Below are positions 25,303-34,788 of a DNA stretch of 50,136 nt, in pieces. Each line of letters opens with the position of its first letter. Position 1 is the stretch's first letter. This DNA comes from Flavobacteriales bacterium. Lineage in GTDB: Bacteria; Bacteroidota; Bacteroidia; Flavobacteriales_F; PHOS-HE28. The notes under the pieces are model-generated. The model made no database searches and had not been told where the DNA came from. It worked only from the letters and a program-made list of their open reading frames with translations. A program made the position numbers and the translations under genes. The stretch is from assembly GCA_020437875.1 (NCBI GenBank), contig JAGQVR010000002.1:1-50136 (forward strand), read 5' to 3'.

Positions 25303-25707
25303 TCAGGCTTGTTCCACGAGGTGATGGTGCTCCTTCAGCCAGGCAAGGGCCTTCTCCTGGTCGGGGAACATCTGGATGGGGCGATGTGGCTTGTTGTGCC
25401 GCACGAACACGTTCGCCGCGAGCTGGTGGCCGAAGTCCCGCACCACGATGGCATCAGCGGCGATGTACCGGCAGGACTCTTCGGAGGAGGCATGCGCGCG
25501 CGCCTCACCGGTCATGGTGGTCCCTTCGCCCACCGAGACCATCAACAGGGCCTTTCGCCCCTTGCGTTCCTGTTCGATGACCTCGAACATGGCCTGCACC
25601 TCTTCGGGCTGCACCAGGTGCTTGTCCTTGAAGTGCGTGTGTACGATATCCCCATCCAGGAAGGCCACGGTACAGGCCTCAAGCTCCACGACATGCATCG
25701 TCTCCAT
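25303..25707 (-). CDS. STAS/SpoIIAA-like small cytoplasmic protein (DUF-type)
   Basis: 134-aa ORF. Its size and pattern (..IVHTHFKD...LLMVSVGEGTTMTGEAR...IAADAIVVRDFG...F.DQEKALAWL) resemble STAS-like domain proteins. The call is low-specificity. Confidence 0.5.
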   Translation of the reverse strand: METMHVVELEACTVAFLDGDIVHTHFKDKHLVQPEEVQAMFEVIEQERKGRKALLMVSVGEGTTMTGEARAHASSEESCRYIAADAIVVRDFGHQLAANVFVRHNKPHRPIQMFPDQEKALAWLKEHHHLVEQA

Positions 25708-25719
25708 CGTTTCGAGGTA

Positions 25720-25727
25720 CGAAGTTA
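25720..25727 (-). promoter_or_regulatory. Candidate -7 promoter box (TAACTTCG) for the STAS-like/propeller pair
   Basis: The minus strand reads TAACTTCG, 12 nt upstream of ATG 25707. Confidence 0.35.
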
Positions 25728-25764
25728 CGACCTCATGGAAGCGAACCGGTCACATCCGCGTTCC

Positions 25765-26793
25765 TTAACGGACCAGCAACCAGGCCTGCCCCGAACCTTC
25801 CCGACGAATGGAAGCGAGCAGGTCCAAAGCCTCCTGCCGATCGGCGAAACTGCCGAAGGCGACCGGGTGCAATTCGCCGTACCGCGCCAGCCGGCTGGCC
25901 TTGTACCCCTGATCCTGCAGGTCCTTCAACAGGCGATCGGCGTTCTCCGGTTGTGCGAAGCAGCCACCGATGACATGGAAGCGCAGACGCATGGTCGAGC
26001 GCGGCGCGATGGCCACTGCCGTCGTATCGGCCGGTGCACTGCCCATGTCCACGGTGAGGGAAACGCTGTCGTTGTCGCTCAAGGGCAGGGTGCGCACCCC
26101 GAACAAGTCCTCCGGCAGTGAGAAGGAAGCGGAGTTGGCGTGCAAGGGAGGCACGGGGGCGCTACTTGGCGCATAGGTGGGACCGGGCCGAGGACCGAGT
26201 GCAAGCCCTCCATAACCGTTCGATCCCAGGTACATGACCGCAGCGCCACCAAGCACCACAAGAGCCACCGCAGCGGCCACCGACCACGAGCGGCGTGGTG
26301 AAGAAGGCTGCCCCACGGCTTCGATCACGGGGGCCTTGGTCGGCATGGGGATCACCCGTGGCTCGGCGGCCTTAGGCACCACCGGGGAGGCCGCCACAGG
26401 CGCCAGGCCGAAGGCTTCCTTCAGGAAGTTCGCCCGGTCGTCCGGATCGAACTGCAGGTTCCGTTGCTGGTCGCGGTAGAAGATGCCGATGCGCGGCACT
26501 TCCAGGCGGCCGCTTTCTTCCAGACGCTGCCGCCATTCAGCCACCTCCGCATCGATCAGGGCATTGGCCGCAGCGAAGCTGAGGCCGTCGCGATGGGCGA
26601 TGAGATCGGTGAGCAAGCCATCATTCCGAAGCAGGTGGCGGTTGAAGCCGACCTCCTTGCTCGGAGGATGGATCAACTGCCGCACCACATCGAGCCGTGC
26701 CGGACGATATTGGGCCAGGAAACCGCCCCAGCCAGGCACGATGACACAATCGTGCTCGAAGAGCAATTGATGGAGTTCCCGTGCGAGGTTCAT
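25765..26793 (-). CDS. HU-CCDC81 N-domain / C-terminal SPOR domain protein
   Basis: 342-aa ORF. The N-terminus LLFEHDCVIVPGWGGFLAQY...HPPSKEVGFN is HU-CCDC81-like. A central TM segment follows. The C-terminus FHVIGGCFAQPENADRLLKDLQDQGYKA is SPOR-like. Confidence 0.8.
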   Translation of the reverse strand: MNLARELHQLLFEHDCVIVPGWGGFLAQYRPARLDVVRQLIHPPSKEVGFNRHLLRNDGLLTDLIAHRDGLSFAAANALIDAEVAEWRQRLEESGRLEVPRIGIFYRDQQRNLQFDPDDRANFLKEAFGLAPVAASPVVPKAAEPRVIPMPTKAPVIEAVGQPSSPRRSWSVAAAVALVVLGGAAVMYLGSNGYGGLALGPRPGPTYAPSSAPVPPLHANSASFSLPEDLFGVRTLPLSDNDSVSLTVDMGSAPADTTAVAIAPRSTMRLRFHVIGGCFAQPENADRLLKDLQDQGYKASRLARYGELHPVAFGSFADRQEALDLLASIRREGSGQAWLLVR

Positions 26794-26823
26794 GATCCGG
26801 CGTGCAAGATAACGGTGCCCGGA

Positions 26824-27582
26824 TCAACGCCGCCCGGCCACGAGGCGCCTGGCCAGTTCCAGGTCCGCGGGGGTGTCCACACAGAACGAGGGATGCGCGG
26901 TCATCCCCACACGTATGCGGTACCCGTTCTCGAGCCACCGCAACTGCTCCAAGGACTCGGCCTGTTCCAGCGAGGAGGGTGGCAGCGCCACGATACGGGC
27001 GAGCACCTCGGTCCGATACGCGTAAAGTCCGATGTGCTTGAGGTAACGGAAGGCCTGGTGGCGCTCTCCACCTACATGGTTCCGCAGGACTGGTATGCAG
27101 GCCCGACTGAAGTACAAGGCATCCCCGGCATGGTCGGTCGTGATCTTCACCTTGCCGGGATCATCGAGGTCCCGGTCGTCGGTCACCAGATGGGCCAGGG
27201 TCGCCAGGCCACCGGGTGCGGAGGCCAGGGTCGCGCAGAGCTCGTCGATCTGTTCGGGTACGAGGAAGGGCTCATCCCCTTGGATATTCACCACGGCCTC
27301 GAACCGATCGGCCCCCGCGATGGTGAGCGCTTCATGGCAGCGATCCGTTCCGCTCGGGTGCTCGGCGCGCGTCATCACCGCCCGGCCACCCACCGCGGCC
27401 ACGTCATCGAAGATGCGTTGGTCATCCGTGGCCACCACCACCTCGCTCAGTGCCTCTGCCTTCAACGCCTGTTCCAGCACCCGCTGGATCATGGTCTTCC
27501 CACCGATATCCGCCAAGGGCTTGCCGGGAAGTCGTGTGCTCGCGTGGCGGGCAGGGATCACACCGAGGATGCGCGCGCTCAT
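26824..27582 (-). CDS. kdsB: 3-deoxy-manno-octulosonate cytidylyltransferase
   Basis: 252-aa ORF. GVIPARHASTRLPGKPLADIGGKTMIQ and NIQGDEP are KdsB motifs. Confidence 0.92.
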   Translation of the reverse strand: MSARILGVIPARHASTRLPGKPLADIGGKTMIQRVLEQALKAEALSEVVVATDDQRIFDDVAAVGGRAVMTRAEHPSGTDRCHEALTIAGADRFEAVVNIQGDEPFLVPEQIDELCATLASAPGGLATLAHLVTDDRDLDDPGKVKITTDHAGDALYFSRACIPVLRNHVGGERHQAFRYLKHIGLYAYRTEVLARIVALPPSSLEQAESLEQLRWLENGYRIRVGMTAHPSFCVDTPADLELARRLVAGRR

Positions 27583-27586
27583 GGGG

Positions 27587-29980
27587 TCAAAGGTTCAAGC
27601 TCAGTTGCACCTGGAAACTGCGCGGGGCCTCCACCGAAAGGGGCCGAAGTGAATACGTCCTGTTGGTCAGGTTGTTCACGATCAGCGCGGCGCGAAGACC
27701 CTTGCTCAGGTCCACGCCGACGCGTGCATCGAGGATCAGATCACCGGTGCGATGCGTCTCCATCCACTCGCGCACGCCGGTCTCCAGCAATCCATTGTCA
27801 TCCAGGTCGATGAAAGCCTTGTCGATGTTCCGGATGTGGCTGTTGTAGCGCATGCTCCCCCCAAGGAAGACCCGCTTGTACTGTGCCTGGAGATCGAACC
27901 GGAACAGCTGCTGGATACGGAACTTCAGGATGTGGTCCGTGGTGTCGAAGCTCGAATTCAGATAGGTGCTCGCGGGGAAGGTGCTCGACGGGTTGGGCGA
28001 CACGGCGTACTCCTGCGACGGTGTTGTGCTGACCGGAAGCGTTCTGGTATACCCCATCAGCGCGGTCAATTCCACCGCTCCGATGTTCCCCTTGCCGGCC
28101 ATCTCCAGCTCGTACCCGGTGACGCGAGCGCCTCCGGTGTTCACGCTCATGAAGCCCAGGCCGAAGAGGTTGCCGAAGTTGTACGGCGGCAGGCCCCATT
28201 GTCCAAAGGTGAACTCCACGAACTGTTCGAAGTCCTGTTGGAAGACCACGGCATCCACGTAGCCCATGAATCCTCCCAACTTGAAGCCTTGTTTCACGCC
28301 ACCTTCCAGATTCCAGCTCTTCTCCGGCTTGAGATCGGGGTTCGGGTAGATGAACAAGGAGCCCAAGCTGGTGGAAATGAAACGCTCACCGATCGTAGGG
28401 AACCGGAAGCCCTGCCCATAGCTCGCACGCAGGTAGGTGGCGCGCAATACCTGGTAGGTCGCTCCGGCACGGAACACCGGCTGTGCCGCCTCCAGACCGT
28501 CGACCTCGAAACGCTCGTATCGCACGCCGGCACTCAAGGCCAGCTTCTCGAAGAGCTTCTTGTCCAATTGCAGGTAACCCGCGGTGTTCAACGCTTCGTT
28601 GTTCCCATCGCCGTCCGAATTGCCGATGTAGAGCTCCGCGGTGGAACGCACCCTTCGCCAGAGCACCCCGGCCGTGGCCACCGTCTCCCCGAAGAAGCGG
28701 AAGCGCTGCTGCACCTGGTATTCGCCATGGAGCGTGGTGTTGCTGTTGCCCTGTCCGTTGTCGTTGTCGAACTCCTGCCGATGCATCCGTGTGCGCAGGG
28801 TGTGGCGGGTGCCATGTTGTGAGAGGTGGTCGATGAAAGGGTCCACATAGTACTGGGTGCCCCGGGTGCGCGTCACGGTGCCGGGCTTCGGCCGATAGAG
28901 CCCGTCGGTGATGTCGTTCCAGATGAAGACGCTCGTGCTGCGGCTCTTCATGGCGTTCGCATTGATGCCGTAGCTCAAGCCCTTCACCTTGCCATTGCGC
29001 CAACGCGTGCCCACGTTGAACCGGATGCGGTTGTCGTAGCCACCCGGTCCAGTGCGCAACGGATCCACCGCGATCGAATCCGCTGGTATCGGCTCCGGCC
29101 CGATGTAGCCGTTATCCGAGAAGGCATTGCCCCCGAGCACCAGGTCGAACTTCCCGATCCGGCGTGCATGGCTGAAGCTGGCGCCGGAGATGCCCGGGCT
29201 GTTGTCTCCCCACCACCGGGCCGAGGCATTGGCCGGTGCGTCGTACATGCCGGAGAAGACCGTGGCCTTCGTGCTCGGCGTCTCCCGCGGAAAGGCCGTG
29301 CGCACGTTGATCACACCACTGAGTGCCGCACTTCCATACAGCACGCTGCTCGCACCCTTGATCACCTCCACCTGCTCCAGGTTCTCGATCGGCAGGAAGC
29401 TCCAGTTCGGCCTTCCGATGTCGCCGCTCAGGATCGGCACCCCATCCACCAGCACCTGCACGCGACTGCCGGCGCCATAGCTGAACCCGCTTCCTGCACG
29501 GATCTGCGGCTCCTCGTCCACGATCACAACGCCGGGGACCTGGTCCAGCGCATCGCTCAGCGATACGATGTTCTTGTTGCGGATCAGTTCCGGTTTGATC
29601 ACGCTCAACGATTGCGTCACCTCGCCCACACGCTGTTCGAACTTACCCGCGCTGATCACCACCATGTCCAGTTGCGTGGCCGAGGGGCTCATCCGCACAT
29701 CGTTCGTCACGCTCGCACCTTGTGGCAGGTCCAAGGCACGTGTCTGCGTCACATATCCCACGAAGGAATAGGTGATGGTCTGCGGACCGATGGGCAGGGA
29801 GAACGAATAATCCCCGTTCACATCGGTCGCGCCACCCTTGCCCGGGGCATAGGTCACGTTCACCCCGATCAGCGGTTCACCGCTCTTTTCGTCGGTCACC
29901 TTTCCCTTCAACACCACTTCCTGCGCGTAGGAGCAAAGTGCTCCGGCCAGTGCGCACAGCGCGGCGGTGGACCTCATCAT
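27587..29980 (-). CDS. TonB-dependent receptor with N-terminal carboxypeptidase-regulatory-like domain
   Basis: 797-aa ORF with a signal peptide. LKGKVTDEKSGEPLIGVNV marks the CarboxypepD_reg domain. A plug domain follows (IEVIKGASSVLYGS), then a long beta-barrel ending in ...QLSLNL. Confidence 0.9.
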   Translation of the reverse strand: MMRSTAALCALAGALCSYAQEVVLKGKVTDEKSGEPLIGVNVTYAPGKGGATDVNGDYSFSLPIGPQTITYSFVGYVTQTRALDLPQGASVTNDVRMSPSATQLDMVVISAGKFEQRVGEVTQSLSVIKPELIRNKNIVSLSDALDQVPGVVIVDEEPQIRAGSGFSYGAGSRVQVLVDGVPILSGDIGRPNWSFLPIENLEQVEVIKGASSVLYGSAALSGVINVRTAFPRETPSTKATVFSGMYDAPANASARWWGDNSPGISGASFSHARRIGKFDLVLGGNAFSDNGYIGPEPIPADSIAVDPLRTGPGGYDNRIRFNVGTRWRNGKVKGLSYGINANAMKSRSTSVFIWNDITDGLYRPKPGTVTRTRGTQYYVDPFIDHLSQHGTRHTLRTRMHRQEFDNDNGQGNSNTTLHGEYQVQQRFRFFGETVATAGVLWRRVRSTAELYIGNSDGDGNNEALNTAGYLQLDKKLFEKLALSAGVRYERFEVDGLEAAQPVFRAGATYQVLRATYLRASYGQGFRFPTIGERFISTSLGSLFIYPNPDLKPEKSWNLEGGVKQGFKLGGFMGYVDAVVFQQDFEQFVEFTFGQWGLPPYNFGNLFGLGFMSVNTGGARVTGYELEMAGKGNIGAVELTALMGYTRTLPVSTTPSQEYAVSPNPSSTFPASTYLNSSFDTTDHILKFRIQQLFRFDLQAQYKRVFLGGSMRYNSHIRNIDKAFIDLDDNGLLETGVREWMETHRTGDLILDARVGVDLSKGLRAALIVNNLTNRTYSLRPLSVEAPRSFQVQLSLNL

Positions 29981-29988
29981 GCGGCGGT

Positions 29989-30051
29989 TACATTTGTAGG
30001 GACCCCCGTCGGACCCCTGTTACGGCTCCTTCGGCGATGCGGCTAAATGTA
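29989..30051. promoter_or_regulatory. Crossed candidate -7 boxes: plus-strand TACATTTG (29989..29996, toward dprA) and minus-strand TACATTTA (30044..30051, toward the TonB-dependent receptor)
   Basis: Each box lies inside the other gene's presumed 5' leader. The plus box is 9 nt from the receptor ATG, and the minus box is 20 nt from the dprA GTG. Confidence 0.35.
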
Positions 30052-30071
30052 GGGAAAGGGAGATACGGACG

Positions 30072-31178
30072 GTGGAGGACCAGCAGTGGATATACCGCAT
30101 CGCCCTGTCCATGCTCAAGGGCATCGGGCCAGTGAACGCACGAAACCTCGTGGCCTATTGCGGCGGCGTTGAACCAATCTTCGCCGATGGCAAGGTGAAA
30201 CGCTCATTGGAGAAGGTGCCCGGCATCGGGCCGAAGCTGATCGCGAGCATCACCGACAAGAAGGTGCTGCCCGCCGCGGAGAAGGAGCTCACCTACGTGC
30301 GGAAGCACAAGCTGCGGATGCACTTCTACCTGGACCCCGACTTCCCACGCCGCTTGAAACAGGCAGAGGACGCACCCGTTATCCTCTTCGCGGATGGCCA
30401 TGCCGACCTCGACGCGGAACACATGGTGAGCATCGTAGGCACCCGCACGCCGACCGAGGAGGGCAAGCGCCTGTGCGTGGAGCTCGTACAAGGCCTGAAG
30501 GAATGCAACGCGACCATCGTCAGCGGTCTCGCTTACGGCATCGACATCGTTGCGCATCGCCATGCGCTGAAGAACGGTCTGCCGACCATCGGCTGTGTGG
30601 CGCACGGGTTGGACAAGCTCTATCCCGGCGACCATGCGAGTACCGCCAAGGAGATGGTGAAGCACGGTGCTCTGGTGAGCGAACTCCCCAGCGGATCACC
30701 CTTCGCGCCCGGCAACTTCCCGGCGCGTAACCGCGTGATCGCGGGTCTGAGCGATTGCACCATCGTGGTGGAGAGCGGCCCCAAGGGCGGCAGCTTGATC
30801 ACGGCTGATATTGCGGGCAGCTATGACCGCGAGGTCTTCGCCTTCCCCGGCCGGCCCATCGACCCGCGCAGTGAAGGCTGCAACAAGTTGATCCAGCAGA
30901 ACAAGGCCGCGCTCATCACCAACGCACAGGATGTGATCACGATGATGGAGTGGATGCCGAAGAAGAAGAAGGCGCCGATACAGGCAGCGCTCTTTTCCGA
31001 ACTGATGCCGGATGAGCAGACCCTCGTGGACATCATCAAGGCACAAGGCAGCGCTCACATCGACGACCTCTGTGTGCGAAGCAAGTGGGCACAGGGCAAG
31101 GTGGCCGGGCTCCTGTTGAACATGGAGTTCAACGGGGTCGTGCGCAGCCTGCCAGGGAAGGTGTATCAGTTGAATTGA
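30072..31178 (+). CDS. dprA: DNA-processing protein DprA
   Basis: 368-aa ORF with a GTG start. MLKGIGPVNARNL forms the SAM-like N-domain. The Rossmann core has IVSGLAYGID and GGSLITA. A C-terminal winged-helix region follows. Confidence 0.9.
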   Translation: MEDQQWIYRIALSMLKGIGPVNARNLVAYCGGVEPIFADGKVKRSLEKVPGIGPKLIASITDKKVLPAAEKELTYVRKHKLRMHFYLDPDFPRRLKQAEDAPVILFADGHADLDAEHMVSIVGTRTPTEEGKRLCVELVQGLKECNATIVSGLAYGIDIVAHRHALKNGLPTIGCVAHGLDKLYPGDHASTAKEMVKHGALVSELPSGSPFAPGNFPARNRVIAGLSDCTIVVESGPKGGSLITADIAGSYDREVFAFPGRPIDPRSEGCNKLIQQNKAALITNAQDVITMMEWMPKKKKAPIQAALFSELMPDEQTLVDIIKAQGSAHIDDLCVRSKWAQGKVAGLLLNMEFNGVVRSLPGKVYQLN

Positions 31179-31231
31179 CGGCTCCCGACCGGTCACCCCG
31201 CCTCGGTGCTTGCCCGTGCAAAGCCCCCATC

Positions 31232-31239
31232 TACCTTTG
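31232..31239 (+). promoter_or_regulatory. Candidate -7 promoter box (TACCTTTG, exact consensus) for gdhA
   Basis: Exact TAnnTTTG, 38 nt upstream of ATG 31278. The leader is A/C-rich. Confidence 0.45.
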
Positions 31240-31250
31240 CCCCCGCTTAA

Positions 31251-32633
<1,383 letters not shown>

Positions 32634-32653
32634 TCGGAACGACCATTCATTGC

Positions 32654-32681
32654 GAAAGCCCCCGGGGATCCGGGGGCTTTC
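32654..32681. terminator. Terminator hairpin between gdhA and the convergent Omp28-like gene
   Basis: GAAAGCCCCCGG-GGAT-CCGGGGGCTTTC is a perfect 12-bp stem. GTCGTTCTT follows on the plus strand. Confidence 0.6.
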
Positions 32682-32708
32682 GTCGTTCTTGAAGCTGCTT
32701 TCGAGCGA

Positions 32709-33758
32709 TCAGTGCCGCACCACCATCAGCCGACGGTCAGCCCCCGCCAGGCCATAGGCATACACGCCGTCCGCAAGGTCAGCCACAGGAATGGTCAATA
32801 ACGTGCTGCCTGCTGGAACGGAGAAGGACAGCACCGTGCGTCCTTGAACATCGGTCACGGTCAACACGCCTCCGATGTGGTCCGCTGCCATGGGAACGAA
32901 CACCTGCTCCGCAGCGGGTACCGGATAGGCACTTCCAAGGCCCCCCCCTGCCGATGACTCGTTGATCGCGGTGGAGCCATCCATCGCCGCAACGCGTTTC
33001 ACCTGATAGACCGGCCCTTGGTCCGCCTGGACGAAGGCGACCACATGCAATTCCTCCAAGCTCCATGTTGAAGGCACGGTGTACGTATAGCTATGTTGAA
33101 CGAATTCCCCAGCGGCCGGCATGGTGATGTCCTCCCCTTCCACGGAAGTGACGTAGTCACGCAACGCATGGCGATGGTCATAGGCCGCATGCGCCCCGTT
33201 CACGTAATCCTGCTGGTAGCCGACCACGTGGTCTTCGGTGAGCAGGACGTACAGTTGATCGGTCGACGTGAGGCTCGTCCCAGTGTAATAGGCCTCCACC
33301 ATGATGCTCAGTTGTTGGGAGCCGGCGTCGTATGCACTGGCAAGGCCAACGTTCACTGGAGAGGAAGCGGAAAGAACAACAGGGACCGAAGAGGGCCAGG
33401 AATTGGCGGATGACAGCTGCGAACGGTTCACCAAGCCCTGCGGCTGGAAGGTGACGCCCCAGGATGACCAGAGTGCGGCACCATCATCCGTCCGGAAGTC
33501 CGGCTGTGCACCTTGTGGTACAGAGAGGGAACCCCCATGTACTTCGACGAGCACGAGGTCATCCGGGTGATCAGCAGCCAGTCCGTTCGCAACCGTGTGG
33601 GCGGCCGGGCAGTTGCCACAATTGATCGCCGTGAAGACCTCGAGCAGGCATGTCCTGCCTTGGGGTTCGGTGGTGACCAGCGTCTGCGCCTCGAAGGACA
33701 GAGGGATCAACAGAGCGGTCGCTAGGGAGAGGTGGAATTTGTTCATCATGCTGTTCAT
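32709..33758 (-). CDS. Omp28-related, thioredoxin-fold-like surface protein with T9SS C-terminal sorting domain
   Basis: 349-aa ORF with a signal peptide. LLEVFTAINCGNCPAAH is the Omp28-like CxxC motif. The C-terminal ~80 aa (VFVPMAADHIGGVLTVTDVQGRTV...DGVYAYGL...) fit a T9SS type A CTD. Confidence 0.7.
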   Translation of the reverse strand: MNSMMNKFHLSLATALLIPLSFEAQTLVTTEPQGRTCLLEVFTAINCGNCPAAHTVANGLAADHPDDLVLVEVHGGSLSVPQGAQPDFRTDDGAALWSSWGVTFQPQGLVNRSQLSSANSWPSSVPVVLSASSPVNVGLASAYDAGSQQLSIMVEAYYTGTSLTSTDQLYVLLTEDHVVGYQQDYVNGAHAAYDHRHALRDYVTSVEGEDITMPAAGEFVQHSYTYTVPSTWSLEELHVVAFVQADQGPVYQVKRVAAMDGSTAINESSAGGGLGSAYPVPAAEQVFVPMAADHIGGVLTVTDVQGRTVLSFSVPAGSTLLTIPVADLADGVYAYGLAGADRRLMVVRH

Positions 33759-33770
33759 TCGAATGGGTGG

Positions 33771-33800
33771 AAATGAAAAGCCCCGGTGTTCGCCGGGGCC
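33771..33800 (-). terminator. Intrinsic terminator after the bacilliredoxin gene
   Basis: The hairpin is GCCCCGG-TGTTCG-CCGGGGC. On the minus strand it is followed by TTTTCATTT. Confidence 0.6.
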
Positions 33801-33823
33801 TGTTCGTTCGGAGCGGGTCCCGG

Positions 33824-34234
33824 TCAGCAGAACTCCTCGTAGGCCATCTTCAGGTTATCGGCGATCATCTCGGCACTGCGGCCTTCGATATGATGGCGCT
33901 CGAGGAAGTGCACCAATTTACCATCCTTGAAAAGCGCCATGGCCGGGCTGCTGGGGGGGTAAGGGAGGAAGTGCTTGCGTGCCTGGTTGGTAGCATCGGT
34001 GTCCACACCAGCGAAGACGGTGACCAGATGATCCGGTCGTTTGCTGCCAGAAAGGCTCTGCTTCGCACCTGGGCGGGCCGCACCTGCGGCGCAACCGCAT
34101 ACGCTGTTCACGACGCACAGCACGGTGCCCGGCTGCATCAGCGCCTTGTCCACTTGATCGGGTGTCTGCAATTGTTCGAAGCCTACGGAGACCAGGTCGG
34201 TCTTCATCGGCGCAACGAGCTCTGGAGGATACAT
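33824..34234 (-). CDS. BrxA/BrxB-family bacilliredoxin (YphP/YqiW-like)
   Basis: 136-aa ORF. MYPPELVAPM...VVNSVCGCAAGAARP is the bacilliredoxin CGC motif. Confidence 0.85.
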   Translation of the reverse strand: MYPPELVAPMKTDLVSVGFEQLQTPDQVDKALMQPGTVLCVVNSVCGCAAGAARPGAKQSLSGSKRPDHLVTVFAGVDTDATNQARKHFLPYPPSSPAMALFKDGKLVHFLERHHIEGRSAEMIADNLKMAYEEFC

Positions 34235-34278
34235 GGTTCAGTATGCCAACGTCATTGGGTTGTGTCCGTTGGTCGGTA

Positions 34279-34286
34279 CAAAGATA
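34279..34286 (-). promoter_or_regulatory. Candidate -7 promoter box (TATCTTTG, exact consensus) for the bacilliredoxin gene
   Basis: Exact TAnnTTTG on the minus strand, 44 nt upstream of ATG 34234. Confidence 0.4.
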
Positions 34287-34338
34287 CTTCCCATGGAGAG
34301 GAACGAGGATGGCTGATCCGGTACGCGGGCTTTGGCGG

Positions 34339-34788
34339 CTAAAGAGCCCGCTTCCGCTTGAAGAACGCCTTCAGCAGGTCGGCGCATTCGGCCTCCAACA
34401 CACCACCGGTCACCTGGGTCTTCGGGTGTAGCATGGCCCCGCCGAAGCGGCGGTATCCGGCCTTCTCATCGAAGGCGCCGAAGACCACCCGACCTAGTTG
34501 TGCCCAGTTCATCGCCCCGGCGCACATCACACAGGGTTCCAGGGTCACGAAGACCGTACAATCCTTCAGGTACTTGCCCCCGACATGCTCGGCGGCTGCG
34601 GTGATGGCCTGCATCTCCGCGTGTGCGGTCACGTCATTGAGCCGTTCGGTGAGGTTGTGGCCCCGGGCGACGATCCGGTCCTGCCAGACGATCACCACGC
34701 CAACGGGTACCTCATCCGCCTTGAACGCCAGCTCAGCCTCCTTCAAGGCCTGGCGCATGTAGTGCTCGTCCGAGGTCTGCAGGATCAT
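34339..34788 (-). CDS. tadA: tRNA adenosine(34) deaminase
   Basis: 149 aa from MILQTSDEHYMRQAL. HAEMQAI and PCVMCAGA are the zinc motifs. The ATG overlaps the recJ stop (ATGA at 34785..34788). I reject the ORF-track N-terminal extension. Confidence 0.92.
   Translation of the reverse strand: MILQTSDEHYMRQALKEAELAFKADEVPVGVVIVWQDRIVARGHNLTERLNDVTAHAEMQAITAAAEHVGGKYLKDCTVFVTLEPCVMCAGAMNWAQLGRVVFGAFDEKAGYRRFGGAMLHPKTQVTGGVLEAECADLLKAFFKRKRAL

Noticed and set aside
29981-30071. A riboswitch (for example cobalamin or TPP) might lie upstream of the TonB-dependent receptor, or a SAM riboswitch upstream of the Cys/Met PLP enzyme (44010..44073).
   Set aside because: The leaders are only about 60-90 nt and about 64 nt long. 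That is too short for those aptamers, and none of the conserved core motifs is visible.
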